A stretch of DNA of 56,413 nt from Ruminococcus sp. Lineage in GTDB: Bacteria > Bacillota > Clostridia > Oscillospirales > Ruminococcaceae. The stretch spans positions 1 through 56,413 of the forward strand of contig JBJFHO010000072.1 of the NCBI GenBank assembly GCA_051893675.1, read 5' to 3'. Of the stretch, positions 10,272 through 20,590 are shown piece by piece. The notes beneath the pieces are model-generated. The model did not search any database and was not told where the DNA came from. It saw only the letters and a list, made by a program, of their open reading frames with translations. A program made the translations under genes and the position numbers. Every line of letters starts with the position of its first letter. The first letter of the stretch is position 1.

Positions 10272-10766
10272 TCAGACCAGAGTGTCAGTGCGCAACACGT
10301 CCTGAGGATATTGCAGCTGTTCCGGCGACCATTCCGCCATGACAGGCTGAAATTCCCGTGCGACTGCCTTGGCGCCGTCCAGGTCATGGGCGAGATAATT
10401 GCCGCATTCCCAGCGTTTTCCGCCGGGGATCTCCCCGGAAAAGTCCAGGACGAACTGCAACGACTCCTGCACCAGGCGAATGGCATCTGCGCCGGAGATG
10501 GTATCCCGTGTCAGGAAATAGAACCCGGTGCGGCATCCCATGGGGCCAACATAGACAATGTCATCGGAAAGAGGCGTATTGCGCACATAAGTGGCAAAGA
10601 GATGTTCAAAGGTATGCAGGGCATTGTCCTCCAGATAGTCGCCCTCTGGGTTATTGGGCAGCTTCATGCGGATATCATATGTCACCACATCCCCATCCAC
10701 ACGGGAAATATACATGCCCCGTTTCAGGTGGTCATGGTTGATGGTAAAGCTTGTGATCTGTTTCAT
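10272..10766 (-). CDS. luxS: S-ribosylhomocysteine lyase (AI-2 synthase)
   Basis: SFTINH, HTFEH, GPMGCRTGFY, ECGNY motifs; upstream TTGACA-18-TATAAT at 10804-10833. Confidence 0.95.
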   Translation of the reverse strand: MKQITSFTINHDHLKRGMYISRVDGDVVTYDIRMKLPNNPEGDYLEDNALHTFEHLFATYVRNTPLSDDIVYVGPMGCRTGFYFLTRDTISGADAIRLVQESLQFVLDFSGEIPGGKRWECGNYLAHDLDGAKAVAREFQPVMAEWSPEQLQYPQDVLRTDTLV

Positions 10767-10883
10767 AGTAATCCTCCGAATTTACATAACAATCCATGAT
10801 AGTATTATAGCAAACATCCATTGCACTTGTCAAGTACGCATACAAAAAAGCCACGGAAATCAATTTTATGTTTCGATCCAATC

Positions 10884-10987
10884 ACCCCTCCACCATTGCT
10901 GCGCAATGGTCCCCCTCCCCTTTCAGGGGAGGCAGATGAGGCTCCCCTGAAAGGGGAGCTGGCACGGCGCAGCCGTGACTGAGGGGT
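10884..10987. repeat. Palindromic inverted-doublet element (REP/MITE-like)
   Basis: ACCCCTC...CTCCCCTTTCAGGGGAG / CTCCCCTGAAAGGGGAG...GAGGGGT with internal hairpins. Confidence 0.7.
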
Positions 10988-11017
10988 TCATTCTCCTATA
11001 AAATTTGATTTCCATAC

Positions 11018-11050
11018 AAAAAACCGGAGCGGTCAGTGCCGTTCCGGTTT
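11018..11050 (-). terminator. Intrinsic terminator of the LRR-dockerin gene
   Basis: AAAAAACCGGAGCGG-TCAGTG-CCGTTCCGGTTT. Confidence 0.65.
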
Positions 11051-11071
11051 GGTGTATTATGAAACAGGGGT

Positions 11072-12619
11072 TCAGCCGAGAAGCTCCGCCCAGGAGACAT
11101 CCTGTCCCACGGATTGTTTTGCGTAGTACAGCAGGATGTAATAAGCGTCATTGGCATCGACAGTTCCGTTGCCGTCTACGTCTGCTGCCTGAATTTGTGC
11201 ATCGGTCAGACCGGAGTCACTGCCCACAGATAGTTTTGCATAGGCGAGGAGAGAGAAATATGCGTCGTTGGCGTCAATGATATTGTCGCCGTCGATGTCG
11301 CCGGTGGATTGGGAAAGCTCTGTGGTGTCTGTTGTCGTTTCTGTTGTTGTGGTGGTTTCTGTTGTCGTTTCTGCTGTCGTGGTAGTTTCTGTTGCTGTGG
11401 CTTCTGTTGTAGTAGTTGTTTCTGTGATTGTTTCTGTTGTCGTTGTTGTAGTAGTTTCACTGACGCTGTTAAAGTGGATTGTGGCGTTTAAAAGTAAATC
11501 GTTACTGCCTTCTGTGTTATCGATGAAAATAGCGTTCCATTCTTCTTCGGTGCCGCTATAGTAAACATCTGTCAAACTGGTACAACCCGCAAACACTTCA
11601 TATCCAATGCTTGTCACACTGTCCGGAATGGTGATATCCGTCAAACTAGTGCACCCACAAAACACCCAATTTTCAATGCTGGTCACACTGTCCGGAATGG
11701 TGATTTCCGTCAAACTGGTGCAGTACTGAAACGCACAATCTCCAATACTGGTCACACTGTCCGGAATGGCGATATTCGTCAAACTGGTGCAGTACTGAAA
11801 CGCACCTCTTCCAATGCTGGTCACACTATCCGGAATGGTGATTTCCGTCAAACAGGTACAGTCAGAAAACGCATTCCACCCAATGCTGGTCACACTGTCC
11901 GGGATGATAATCTCAGTCAAACTTTTGCAGTTAGAAAATGCACTCTCCCCAATGCTTATCACACTGTCCGGAATAACAATATCACCCTCACATGTAACCC
12001 CATCTATCAAAATATTATTGACGATGACTAAGGGATTTTCTTCTTGTTTTTCCATCAACCATGGAGTTGAATCAAACGCACAATCTCCAATGCTGGTCAC
12101 ACTGTCCGGAATGGTGATATTCGTCAAACTGGTGCAGTACTGAAACGCATAATCTCCAATGCTGGTCACACTATCCGGAATGGTGATATTCGTCAAACTT
12201 TCACAGTAAAAAAACACCTCATTTGCAATGCTACTCACACTGTTCGGGATGATAATTTCCATTAAACTACTGCAATAAGAAAACGCATACCATCCAATAC
12301 TGGTCACGCTGTCTGGAATACTGATTTCCATTAAATTATCGCAATAATGAAACGCCGCTTCCCCAATGCTAGTCACCGCCATCCCATCAATCTCCGCCGG
12401 AATCTCCACTTCTGTTGCAACTTCATCACAACCTGTAATTTCCACCGTCCCATCATCCAACACCAGATACGTCAAATCCCCATATGTCCCGGTGTCCCCT
12501 GCTTCTGCCGCAGAAACCACCGGAATCATTTCCGGCATCGCTTCCTGCACCAGCGGAACACTGACCGCACAAAGCACTCCGGCAGTGAATATTGCCAAAA
12601 TACGTTTCCAATTACTCAT
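11072..12619 (-). CDS. Secreted BspA/TpLRR leucine-rich-repeat protein with Thr-rich linker and C-terminal dockerin
   Basis: Signal peptide; about 11 x 23-aa repeats SIGxxAFxxCTSLTxITIPDSVT; ETTTT linker; dockerin GDIDGDNIIDANDAY...ADVDGNGTVDANDAYYILLYYA; SD AGGGAGT before ATG 12619. Confidence 0.9.
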   Translation of the reverse strand: MSNWKRILAIFTAGVLCAVSVPLVQEAMPEMIPVVSAAEAGDTGTYGDLTYLVLDDGTVEITGCDEVATEVEIPAEIDGMAVTSIGEAAFHYCDNLMEISIPDSVTSIGWYAFSYCSSLMEIIIPNSVSSIANEVFFYCESLTNITIPDSVTSIGDYAFQYCTSLTNITIPDSVTSIGDCAFDSTPWLMEKQEENPLVIVNNILIDGVTCEGDIVIPDSVISIGESAFSNCKSLTEIIIPDSVTSIGWNAFSDCTCLTEITIPDSVTSIGRGAFQYCTSLTNIAIPDSVTSIGDCAFQYCTSLTEITIPDSVTSIENWVFCGCTSLTDITIPDSVTSIGYEVFAGCTSLTDVYYSGTEEEWNAIFIDNTEGSNDLLLNATIHFNSVSETTTTTTTETITETTTTTEATATETTTTAETTTETTTTTETTTDTTELSQSTGDIDGDNIIDANDAYFSLLAYAKLSVGSDSGLTDAQIQAADVDGNGTVDANDAYYILLYYAKQSVGQDVSWAELLG

Positions 12620-12666
12620 AAAATACACTCCCTTTATTTTCCTGAAGATTTTAATTGAACATAATT

Positions 12667-12696
12667 ATTATACCATGCAAAAAAAAAAAAAAAAAA
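12667..12696 (-). promoter_or_regulatory. Extended -10 promoter with 18-nt homopolymer across the spacer/-35
   Basis: TGgTATAAT at 12667-12675; A18 at 12679-12696 (T18 on the coding strand). Confidence 0.6.
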
Positions 12697-12764
12697 GCGT
12701 ATTTTATGGATGCATTGTAAATAAAAAGACCGCCATGCCCACCGGGGCACAGCAGCCTTTTCCA

Positions 12765-14723
12765 TTATTCTTCCGTTTTTTCCGGCTCCTCCGGCACATC
12801 TGCCGCCGGTTCCGTTTTTGTTTCCGGCTCTGCCGGCTGCGCCGTCTCCGGTGCAGATTCCTCCGGTTTCGCCGGTGTATCCTCGAACATCGCCGGATCC
12901 ATCTCGCCCCGCATGAGCACCTCGAAATCCTCCCGTTCGATCTTCTCGTGGAGCATCAGATACTTCGCCAGCAGGTGGAGCTGATCCATGTGCGCCTGCA
13001 AAATTTCCTTTGCCTTGTCATACGCCTTTTCAATGATGGAACGCACTTCGTCGTCGATCTCCGCCGCTACACGGTCGGAGTAGTCTCTGGACGAACCCAG
13101 ATCCCGTCCCAGGAACACTTCACTCTGGTCATTGCCGTAGACCACAGGTCCCATTTTCTCGCTGAAACCATAGCGTGTGACCATACTCCGTGCCGTGGAT
13201 GTGGCACGCTCCAGGTCGTTGGATGCGCCGGTGGAGATGTCCTCCAGCACCAGCTGCTCCGCAACTCTGCCGCCCAGCAGGGTGATGATATTCTCCTCCA
13301 TCTCCTTTTTGGAGACAAAGCTCTTGTCCTGTTCCGGCAGGGACATGGTATATCCCCCAGCCATACCCCGGGGAATGATGGACACCTGGTGCACCTTATC
13401 CTGATGGTCGCAGTAGTACGTGCAGACAGCGTGGCCTGCCTCGTGGAATGCCGTCAGACGCTTTTCCTTTTCCGTCACCTTGTGAGATTTCTTCTCCGGA
13501 CCGGCGATCACCTTGATGGTCGCCTCCTGGATCTCCTCCATGGTGATGGCCTTTTTGTTCTTCCGTGCCGCCAGCAGGCAGGCTTCGTTGACCAGGTTCT
13601 CCAGATCTGCACCCGTAAAGCCCACGGTGGACTTTGCAATCGTATTCAGGTCTACGTCAGGGCCAACGCTCTTGGACTTGGTGTGTACTTTCAGAATGGC
13701 TTCACGTCCCTTGACATCGGGATAACCTACCACGATCTGACGGTCGAACCGTCCCGGACGCAGCAGTGCCGGGTCGAGAATATCCCGGCGGTTCGTTGCC
13801 GCAATGACAATGACATTGTCCTTTCCGGTGAAGCCGTCCATCTCAACCAGCAGCTGGTTCAGGGTCTGTTCCCGTTCGTCATGTCCGCCGCCGATGCCCG
13901 TACCACGGTGACGTCCCACAGCGTCGATCTCGTCAATGAAGATGATGGACGGTGCGTTTTTCTTTGCCTGTTCGAACAGGTCACGCACACGGGATGCACC
14001 TACACCCACGAACATTTCCACAAAATCCGAACCGGAAATGGAGAAGAACGGGCATCCCGCTTCTCCGGCAACAGCTCTTGCCAGCAAGGTCTTACCGGTT
14101 CCGGGCGGTCCCATGAGCAATACGCCCTTGGGGATTCTTGCACCCAACTCCGCATATTTCCGGGGATTTTTCAGAAAGTCCACGATCTCTTCCAGCTCGT
14201 GCTTTTCCTCATCCGCACCGGCGACATCTGCAAAGGTTGCCTTCCGGGTGTTCATCTGATTCTTGATATTCGCCTTTCCGAATGTAGTGTACTTTCCGCC
14301 GCCGTTTGCCTGCCGCATCATAAATGCGAACAGGACGATCATCAGTATCACAAGGATCACTGTGGGAATGATCGTCAGCAGCCAGGAAGTATCCTTGATC
14401 CTATAGAAGTCCTCTTTCAGCGGTACTTCGTTTCTGGCGTTATACTTCTCCCGGTAATACTGCGTATCCTCCAGGAAAATCTGGACATTCGGCACTTCAT
14501 ATGCAATTTTCTCGTCATTCTGCAATACCATTTCCAGCTCGCCGGATCCCAGATCCAGGGTATACTCCTTGACATCATAATCATCAAAATGCTGGATGAT
14601 CTCAGAATATTCCGGTGTCTTGACGTTGCCCTTCAAATTCGGCAGCAAAAAGACCAGCGCTGCAATGAGCAGCAATACGATCACAAGATAAGTTCCGATG
14701 CCTCTGCCTCTCTTTGGTGTCAA
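12765..14723 (-). CDS. ftsH: ATP-dependent zinc metalloprotease FtsH
   Basis: Two N-terminal TMs, [30 protein letters not shown]. Confidence 0.97.
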   Translation of the reverse strand: MTPKRGRGIGTYLVIVLLLIAALVFLLPNLKGNVKTPEYSEIIQHFDDYDVKEYTLDLGSGELEMVLQNDEKIAYEVPNVQIFLEDTQYYREKYNARNEVPLKEDFYRIKDTSWLLTIIPTVILVILMIVLFAFMMRQANGGGKYTTFGKANIKNQMNTRKATFADVAGADEEKHELEEIVDFLKNPRKYAELGARIPKGVLLMGPPGTGKTLLARAVAGEAGCPFFSISGSDFVEMFVGVGASRVRDLFEQAKKNAPSIIFIDEIDAVGRHRGTGIGGGHDEREQTLNQLLVEMDGFTGKDNVIVIAATNRRDILDPALLRPGRFDRQIVVGYPDVKGREAILKVHTKSKSVGPDVDLNTIAKSTVGFTGADLENLVNEACLLAARKNKKAITMEEIQEATIKVIAGPEKKSHKVTEKEKRLTAFHEAGHAVCTYYCDHQDKVHQVSIIPRGMAGGYTMSLPEQDKSFVSKKEMEENIITLLGGRVAEQLVLEDISTGASNDLERATSTARSMVTRYGFSEKMGPVVYGNDQSEVFLGRDLGSSRDYSDRVAAEIDDEVRSIIEKAYDKAKEILQAHMDQLHLLAKYLMLHEKIEREDFEVLMRGEMDPAMFEDTPAKPEESAPETAQPAEPETKTEPAADVPEEPEKTEE

Positions 14724-14768
14724 ATCACATTCACTCCATTCTGTTTCGGCGATCTCTGCGCCTTTTTC

Positions 14769-15323
14769 TCAATGCTTTTGTTGTTCGTCAGAATTTCCAT
14801 AAATCCCGATGTACGGCAAATTACGGTAGAGTCCTGCATAATCCAGTCCATATCCCACCACAAAAGCGTCGGGAATGGAAAAGCCTCCATATGCCAGCGG
14901 TACTTCAAAAAGCCGCCGCTCCGGTTTATCCAGCAGCGCACAGACTGCCATAGAAGCCGGATTCTGGGTTTCCAGCACCGGAAGTACTGCATGAAGCGTT
15001 GTGCCCGTGTCCAGAATATCCTCCACCAGCACCACATGCCGTCCCGTCAGAGACTGGGACAGCGGTACTTCAAAGCGCACCTGACCGGAAGTAACTGTTC
15101 CGTCTCCGTAGCTGGACACACGCATGAAGTCCAGCTCCAGAGGAATCGGCACTGCCCGAACCAGATCGGCAAAAAAGATGCTGGAGCCTTTCAGCAGGCA
15201 CACAAACAGCGGATTTTTGTCCGCATAATCTGCCGCCAGCTGTGCGCCCAGTTCCTGCACCCGTGTCTGTATCTGCGCCTGCGTCAGCAGCACTTGTACA
15301 ATGTTCGCTTCCAGCTCAGACAT
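14769..15323 (-). CDS. hpt: Hypoxanthine phosphoribosyltransferase
   Basis: LLKGS, VSSYG, VVLVEDILDTGTTL, FVVGYGLDY; SD AGAAAGGAG before ATG 15323; tilS-hpt-ftsH synteny. Confidence 0.93.
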   Translation of the reverse strand: MSELEANIVQVLLTQAQIQTRVQELGAQLAADYADKNPLFVCLLKGSSIFFADLVRAVPIPLELDFMRVSSYGDGTVTSGQVRFEVPLSQSLTGRHVVLVEDILDTGTTLHAVLPVLETQNPASMAVCALLDKPERRLFEVPLAYGGFSIPDAFVVGYGLDYAGLYRNLPYIGIYGNSDEQQKH

Positions 15324-16674
15324 CTTTCTGCTCCTTTCTGATTTCGACAACCAGCAGTCGCCGTGTGTTCTCATCGGGAACTGCACGGTCAGCTGCACCG
15401 ATATACTCCGCAAATACGATCCCGTCGTCATCTGCCAGAATATGCAGGGTCTTCCGGCGTCCTTGGGGCACCTGTGCCTGAATGACTTTTTTCAGGGACG
15501 AGGTAAAATCTCTGCCAGGCAGACGAATCCGTTCGCCTGGCTGCCGCAGACGCAGGAAGATGTTACCCTTTATTTTATCATAATCCAGGCAACTATTTGC
15601 AAATTTTTCGTGAACATTTTCTTCTTTCCCATGATTTTCTGCTTCCATCAGGGATGCGTACAGGATAAAGCCCGGAAAAATCTGATTTTCTCCCAATTTC
15701 AGCGGTACTTTTTCCGCCAGAGGTTCCGGCGGCGCTGTCTCTATCCAAAGGGTGCCCGGTTTTGCCGCCGCATAAACATGCCGGGACAAGTTCCACCTGC
15801 CCCCATGCACCGCCAATGTCATGAGACGTTCCAGCAGTACCGCATCATAGGAAAGTCCGTGTTCCTCCAGCAGCATCGCCAGACAGCGCATTTGCAATGC
15901 CGGATGCATCTGCTCCAGATGTTCCAACATATCCGCACTGGTATGGCATTTTGCATATGCCGCCGTTGCCTGCTGTGTCATGTAGTCATCCTCCCGGCAC
16001 AGACCGGCAATGGTATGGGCTGCAGTACGTTCCACAGACGGGTTCAGCTGTTTCAGCTCCGGCACGATTTTATGACGAATCCGGTTGCGTGTATACAGAT
16101 CTGTCAGATTGGTGCTGTCTGTCACATATATCTGCCCCATCTCTGCCAGATACGCCTCTACCTGTTCCCTGGTCACTGTCAAAAGGGGTCGGAGTATCCT
16201 GCCGTTTTTGGGTGGAATTGCTGTCAGTCCGTGGAGACTGCTGCCCCGGATCAGTCGATGCAGCAGCGTTTCCAGATTATCCGAAGCCGTATGCGCTGTG
16301 ACGATCCAGTCCGCCTGCACCTGAGAAAAGGCTTCATAGCGGCACTGACGGGCGGCGAGTTCCGTGGAGAGCTGTTCCTGCCGGGCACGTGTTTCCACAT
16401 CCACGGTGTATTCCTCCAGAGGCACCTCCAGCGACGCACAGAGTTGCTCGCAAAACTGCCGATCCCGGTCGCTTTCTGTTCCACGCAGCTGGTGGTCTAC
16501 ATGCACTGCCTTCACGGAAACCCTCAGCGTCTCCTGCAATTCCAGCAGACACCGGAGCAGACAGACGCTGTCCGCACCGCCGGAAAGGGCACAGCAGACC
16601 GTATCTCCCGGCTGTACGCAATCCAGTTCCCGGAGCTGTGCCAGCACCTGCCGGGGCAGGGATTCAGCCCTCAC
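15316..16674 (-). CDS. tilS: tRNA(Ile)-lysidine synthase
   Basis: PP-loop SGGADS, HVDHQLRG, ARQCRY, TAHTASDNLET, RPLL, RNRIRH; GTG 16674 preferred as start. Confidence 0.93.
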   Translation of the reverse strand: MRAESLPRQVLAQLRELDCVQPGDTVCCALSGGADSVCLLRCLLELQETLRVSVKAVHVDHQLRGTESDRDRQFCEQLCASLEVPLEEYTVDVETRARQEQLSTELAARQCRYEAFSQVQADWIVTAHTASDNLETLLHRLIRGSSLHGLTAIPPKNGRILRPLLTVTREQVEAYLAEMGQIYVTDSTNLTDLYTRNRIRHKIVPELKQLNPSVERTAAHTIAGLCREDDYMTQQATAAYAKCHTSADMLEHLEQMHPALQMRCLAMLLEEHGLSYDAVLLERLMTLAVHGGRWNLSRHVYAAAKPGTLWIETAPPEPLAEKVPLKLGENQIFPGFILYASLMEAENHGKEENVHEKFANSCLDYDKIKGNIFLRLRQPGERIRLPGRDFTSSLKKVIQAQVPQGRRKTLHILADDDGIVFAEYIGAADRAVPDENTRRLLVVEIRKEQKDV

Positions 16675-18007
16675 TGCGCATCTCCGCATCGGAGAACCGT
16701 GTAAACTGACCATCCCATACCAATTTTACAACGCCAGTCTCGCCGTGACGGTTTTTTGCCACGTTACACTCGGAAATATTTGGGGTGGGACAGTCCTTAT
16801 TATAATAAGCGTCACGATAGAGGAACATGACAATATCCGCATCCTGTTCGATAGAACCGGATTCACGCAAGTCAGACAGCATAGGACGCTTGTCGTTACG
16901 GCCCTCAGGACCACGGGACAGCTGCGACAGTACGATAACCGGAATATCCAGTTCCTTCGCCATAATTTTCAGCTGCCGGGTAATTTCAGAAATAACCAGC
17001 ACACGGTTATCTGTTTTCAGGGTAGAGCCCATAAGCTGGAGATAGTCGATCACTACCAGACCGAGATTTTTCATCCGGCGAAGCTTTGCCTTGATCTGCT
17101 GTACTGTCACGCTTGCCGTATCGTCAATGAACATGGGCAGACCGCTGAGCACGCCGGCACTTGTAGCAAGGCGTACCCAGTCCTCGTTGGTGAGAAAGCC
17201 GTTTCGCAGCTTATTGGAATCCACCAACGCCTCGGTAGAGAGCATACGGGTGGCAAGCTGTTCCTTGGACATTTCCAGGGAGAATACGGCAACTTCCTTT
17301 CCGCTGTGCCGTGCCACATTGGTGGCAATATTCAGAGCAAAGGACGTTTTACCCATACCCGGACGGGCAGCGATCAGAATCAGGTCGGACTTGTTCAGAC
17401 CGGAAGTCACTGTGTCCAGGTATTTGAAGCCGGATCTCGCACCCAGATATTTTTCCTTATCCGGACCGGAGATCTTACCGATACGGTCATACGCTTCGCA
17501 GATCGCATCGCCGATCTTCACCAGTCCCTGGACATCTCTGCCCTGACGAATATCAAAAATACGCTGTTCTGCGGCATCCATCAGAGTCTGGGCATTCTGT
17601 GCCCCGGACTGGATATCCTGCAAAATTCCTCTTGCTGCAAAGGCAAGGCAGCGGATGTAGTATTTTTCCGCCACAATGTGGCAGTAGCTTTCAATATTAG
17701 CAGTAGACGGTACAATATTGATGAGCGCCGCAAGATAAGCTCTGCCCTCCGATGCCGTCTCAAACACGCCCTGTTCTACAGCAGCATTGAGTACGGTAAT
17801 GACATCGGCTTTTTCTCCGGATGTAAACATCTGCATAATGATCTGGAACAGCGTCCGGTGCTGTTCATTGAAAAAGCATTCCGCACGGATGGTTTCCAGC
17901 ACCACCGGCAGTACCTCGGAATCAAGCAGAATTGCACCGAGAATCGTTTGTTCTGCCTCCAGACTGAAAGGCAGCTCGGCATTTTCGTTAGGCGTATATT
18001 CAGCCAT
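16664..18007 (-). CDS. dnaB: Replicative DNA helicase (DnaB/DnaC family)
   Basis: AARPGMGKTS, FSLEMS, IDYLQLM, LSQLSR, SDLRESGSIEQDAD. Confidence 0.97.
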   Translation of the reverse strand: MAEYTPNENAELPFSLEAEQTILGAILLDSEVLPVVLETIRAECFFNEQHRTLFQIIMQMFTSGEKADVITVLNAAVEQGVFETASEGRAYLAALINIVPSTANIESYCHIVAEKYYIRCLAFAARGILQDIQSGAQNAQTLMDAAEQRIFDIRQGRDVQGLVKIGDAICEAYDRIGKISGPDKEKYLGARSGFKYLDTVTSGLNKSDLILIAARPGMGKTSFALNIATNVARHSGKEVAVFSLEMSKEQLATRMLSTEALVDSNKLRNGFLTNEDWVRLATSAGVLSGLPMFIDDTASVTVQQIKAKLRRMKNLGLVVIDYLQLMGSTLKTDNRVLVISEITRQLKIMAKELDIPVIVLSQLSRGPEGRNDKRPMLSDLRESGSIEQDADIVMFLYRDAYYNKDCPTPNISECNVAKNRHGETGVVKLVWDGQFTRFSDAEMRSEG

Positions 18008-18100
18008 AACATGACCTCCTTTTTATCACCGCAGGCGGCGAAGAATAATGAATGCGGGACGCAACCACGACCCGCATTCCATCCATTTCAAAGAGAGAAC

Positions 18101-18547
18101 TTACCCCTCGACAACTTCCACCGTCACCTTTGCCGTAATGCCGGCATACAGGCGAATCTCCGCCTCGTAGGTGCCGAAATTCTTGATATCCGACTTCAGG
18201 CTGATCTTCTTCTTGTCGATCTTGCACTGATACTGTGCTTCGATGCACTCAGCAATCTGCGCCGCAGTCACTGCACCGAACAGTCTGCCGCCGTTTCCTG
18301 CCTTTGCCGCAGCCTTTACGGTCTTGCCGTTCAGTTTATCCGCCGTCTCCTGGGCATTCTGCTTTTCCACATCAATTTTGTGCGCCGCAGAGGACTGCTT
18401 GCCTGCCAGTTCCGACAGATTCTTCGCCGTTGCCTCTACTGCAAGTCCCTTTTTCAGCAGCATGTTCCGTGCATAGCCATCAGAAACATTCTTGACCTCG
18501 CCCTTTTTGCCAGAGCCTTTTACATCCTGTGTAAAAATAACCTTCAT
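18101..18547 (-). CDS. rplI: 50S ribosomal protein L9
   Basis: [28 protein letters not shown]; GRLFGAVT; gdpP-rplI-dnaB synteny. Confidence 0.96.
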   Translation of the reverse strand: MKVIFTQDVKGSGKKGEVKNVSDGYARNMLLKKGLAVEATAKNLSELAGKQSSAAHKIDVEKQNAQETADKLNGKTVKAAAKAGNGGRLFGAVTAAQIAECIEAQYQCKIDKKKISLKSDIKNFGTYEAEIRLYAGITAKVTVEVVEG

Positions 18548-18604
18548 TACAATCATCCTTTCTATATAAAGCACGAATCTATATAAAGCACCAAATTCTC
18601 ATGC

Positions 18605-20572
18605 CTAATCCTTCTTCATTTCCTGGGCTTCCAGGATCATCAGCAGCTGTTCCTTTGCCTCCTGAATGGTACACTTAGGCAGCTGCGCCGCCGCCATGGT
18701 CTGGTGACCGCCGCCGCCCAGCTGTTCCATGATCACCTGAACATTGACATTTCCCATGGAACGTGCGGAAATGCTTACGCCGTGTTCCTCCAGATACAAC
18801 ACAAAGGATGCCTCTACGCCCTGAATGCTCAGCAGTTCGTCTGCTGCCTGCGATGCAATGACACGCATGTCCTGCCCCTGCATTTTCACGACAGAAATGG
18901 CATTGTTGCGGTACAGCTCCGCATGGGAGACGATCTGCGACCGCATGGAGTAGGTGGAAATGGTATTGGAAAACAGGGTTTTCACCTGGATGGTATCTGC
19001 ACCGATCTTCCGCAGATATGCCGCTGCTTCAAAGGTACGCACACCAGTACGCATAACAAAATTTTTCGTATCCAGCATAATACCTGCCAGAAGTGCATCA
19101 GCATATGCCGCCGAGATCTCTGTATCCAACCGGAAATACTGTATGATCTCCGTCACCATCTCCGACGCCGATGAAGCATAGGGTTCGTGGTGAAAAATCA
19201 CCGCATTTTCAATGAAATTGACGTTTTTCCGGTGGTGGTCAATAACCACCACATACCGTGCCGCATGGTACAGATCCAGACTTTCCAGAATGTCCTTGTT
19301 GTGGGTATCCACCACAATGAGCAGACTGTTTTCTGTCACCTGTGCCAGAGCGTCTATGGGTTCAATGAAACAAGGGCTGTCGCTACACTGCTTCATCCGC
19401 TGAATCAGCTGTGTGGCAAGGCAACTCTGCTGGTGTACTACCACATATGCCGGTTTCTGCATGAGCTGCACTGCACCGGCAAGTCCGCACGCCGAACCAA
19501 TGGAGTCCAGATCACCGAAACGATGTCCCATGAGAAATACCTGATCGGAATTCTCAATGAGTTCCTGGAGTGCCAGGGCAATGGAACGAATCTTGGTCTT
19601 GGATTTCTTCTCTACACCCTTGGATGCGCCGCCGAAGAAGCAGAAGCCGTTTTCCGTCTTGACTGCAGCCTGGTCGCCGCCTCGTCCCAGTGCCATATCC
19701 AAGGACTGCCGGGCATACTTTTCACTTTCCGCCAGAGATGCAGCCCCGTCACCTACACCAATGGAAAAGGTGATATGCATCCGGTCATTGACCCGGATCT
19801 GCCGTGCCTCATCCAGCACATGAAAGCGGTTGTTCATGATCTCATGCAGATGCCGGGATTCCATAACCGCATAGAACAGATCGTTCTCCACCTTGCGGAT
19901 GATGCCGTCTGTGCCCTGCATGAAGTTTTCCAGTACACGTTCCACCTCGGCGGAAACCTGTGCTTTTTCACTTTCCCTGGCATATTGCAGCAGATCGTCG
20001 TAGCTGTCGATGACCAGCAGCATGACACAGGGTCTGGAATTGGTATTTTCATTTTGCAGCCGCAGAATATCGGTAATTTCCAGAAACTGCACTGCAACGA
20101 ATTCCTGCTGATTCTGCACACTGGGAACAGCGTGCACCCGATAGCTCAGACCGTTGTGCTCCATGAGCAGATCCCGGTTCTGTCCCAGTGCCGCCAGATT
20201 CAGATGGATCACATCCTGCACCGACCGTCCCCGAACAGAACGATTGGGCGCAAAGCGGCTGCGGAACATGTCATTGCACCAGAGGATCTCTCCGCTGTGG
20301 GTTGTCAGAATCACCGGCACGCCCAGACTCTGGAGCGCTGCCATACCGGCGCCTTCGATCTCTCCACGGACAGCCGTAGTCTGCTGCCGTTCCGCACGGC
20401 GCAGCCAGAACCACTCCGCACAGAGTACAATGCTGAGCAGCAGGATCACCAGAAACTGGATCGCCAGCCACCGCTGGGGTAGCCGTCCCAACACCGCAAA
20501 AAACAGCGGTACCAGAACGCTGATGAACCACAGAATCCCTGTGGCGATGAGCACCCCATATTTTCGTTTCAT
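18605..20572 (-). CDS. gdpP: Cyclic-di-AMP phosphodiesterase GdpP (TM-PAS-degenerate GGDEF-DHH/DHHA1)
   Basis: Two TMs, ALGRGGDQA, MGHRFGDLDS, VVDTH, IDHHR, SARS, GGGGH. Confidence 0.92.
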   Translation of the reverse strand: MKRKYGVLIATGILWFISVLVPLFFAVLGRLPQRWLAIQFLVILLLSIVLCAEWFWLRRAERQQTTAVRGEIEGAGMAALQSLGVPVILTTHSGEILWCNDMFRSRFAPNRSVRGRSVQDVIHLNLAALGQNRDLLMEHNGLSYRVHAVPSVQNQQEFVAVQFLEITDILRLQNENTNSRPCVMLLVIDSYDDLLQYARESEKAQVSAEVERVLENFMQGTDGIIRKVENDLFYAVMESRHLHEIMNNRFHVLDEARQIRVNDRMHITFSIGVGDGAASLAESEKYARQSLDMALGRGGDQAAVKTENGFCFFGGASKGVEKKSKTKIRSIALALQELIENSDQVFLMGHRFGDLDSIGSACGLAGAVQLMQKPAYVVVHQQSCLATQLIQRMKQCSDSPCFIEPIDALAQVTENSLLIVVDTHNKDILESLDLYHAARYVVVIDHHRKNVNFIENAVIFHHEPYASSASEMVTEIIQYFRLDTEISAAYADALLAGIMLDTKNFVMRTGVRTFEAAAYLRKIGADTIQVKTLFSNTISTYSMRSQIVSHAELYRNNAISVVKMQGQDMRVIASQAADELLSIQGVEASFVLYLEEHGVSISARSMGNVNVQVIMEQLGGGGHQTMAAAQLPKCTIQEAKEQLLMILEAQEMKKD

Positions 20573-20590
20573 GCTGCATTCTCCTTGGCG

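Noticed and set aside
11570-12370. CRISPR array (also considered for 48950-50240)
   Set aside because: Periods of 69 and 261 bp are in-frame protein repeats; no unique spacers and no cas genes
12366-15341. 991-aa plus-strand ORF, and other long opposite-strand ORFs (16364-18586, 32397-34334, 30287-31828, 42396-43754, 53327-54694)
   Set aside because: Antisense shadows of ftsH/hpt, dnaB/rplI, the ABC genes, sbcC and the GTPase; no recognisable motifs
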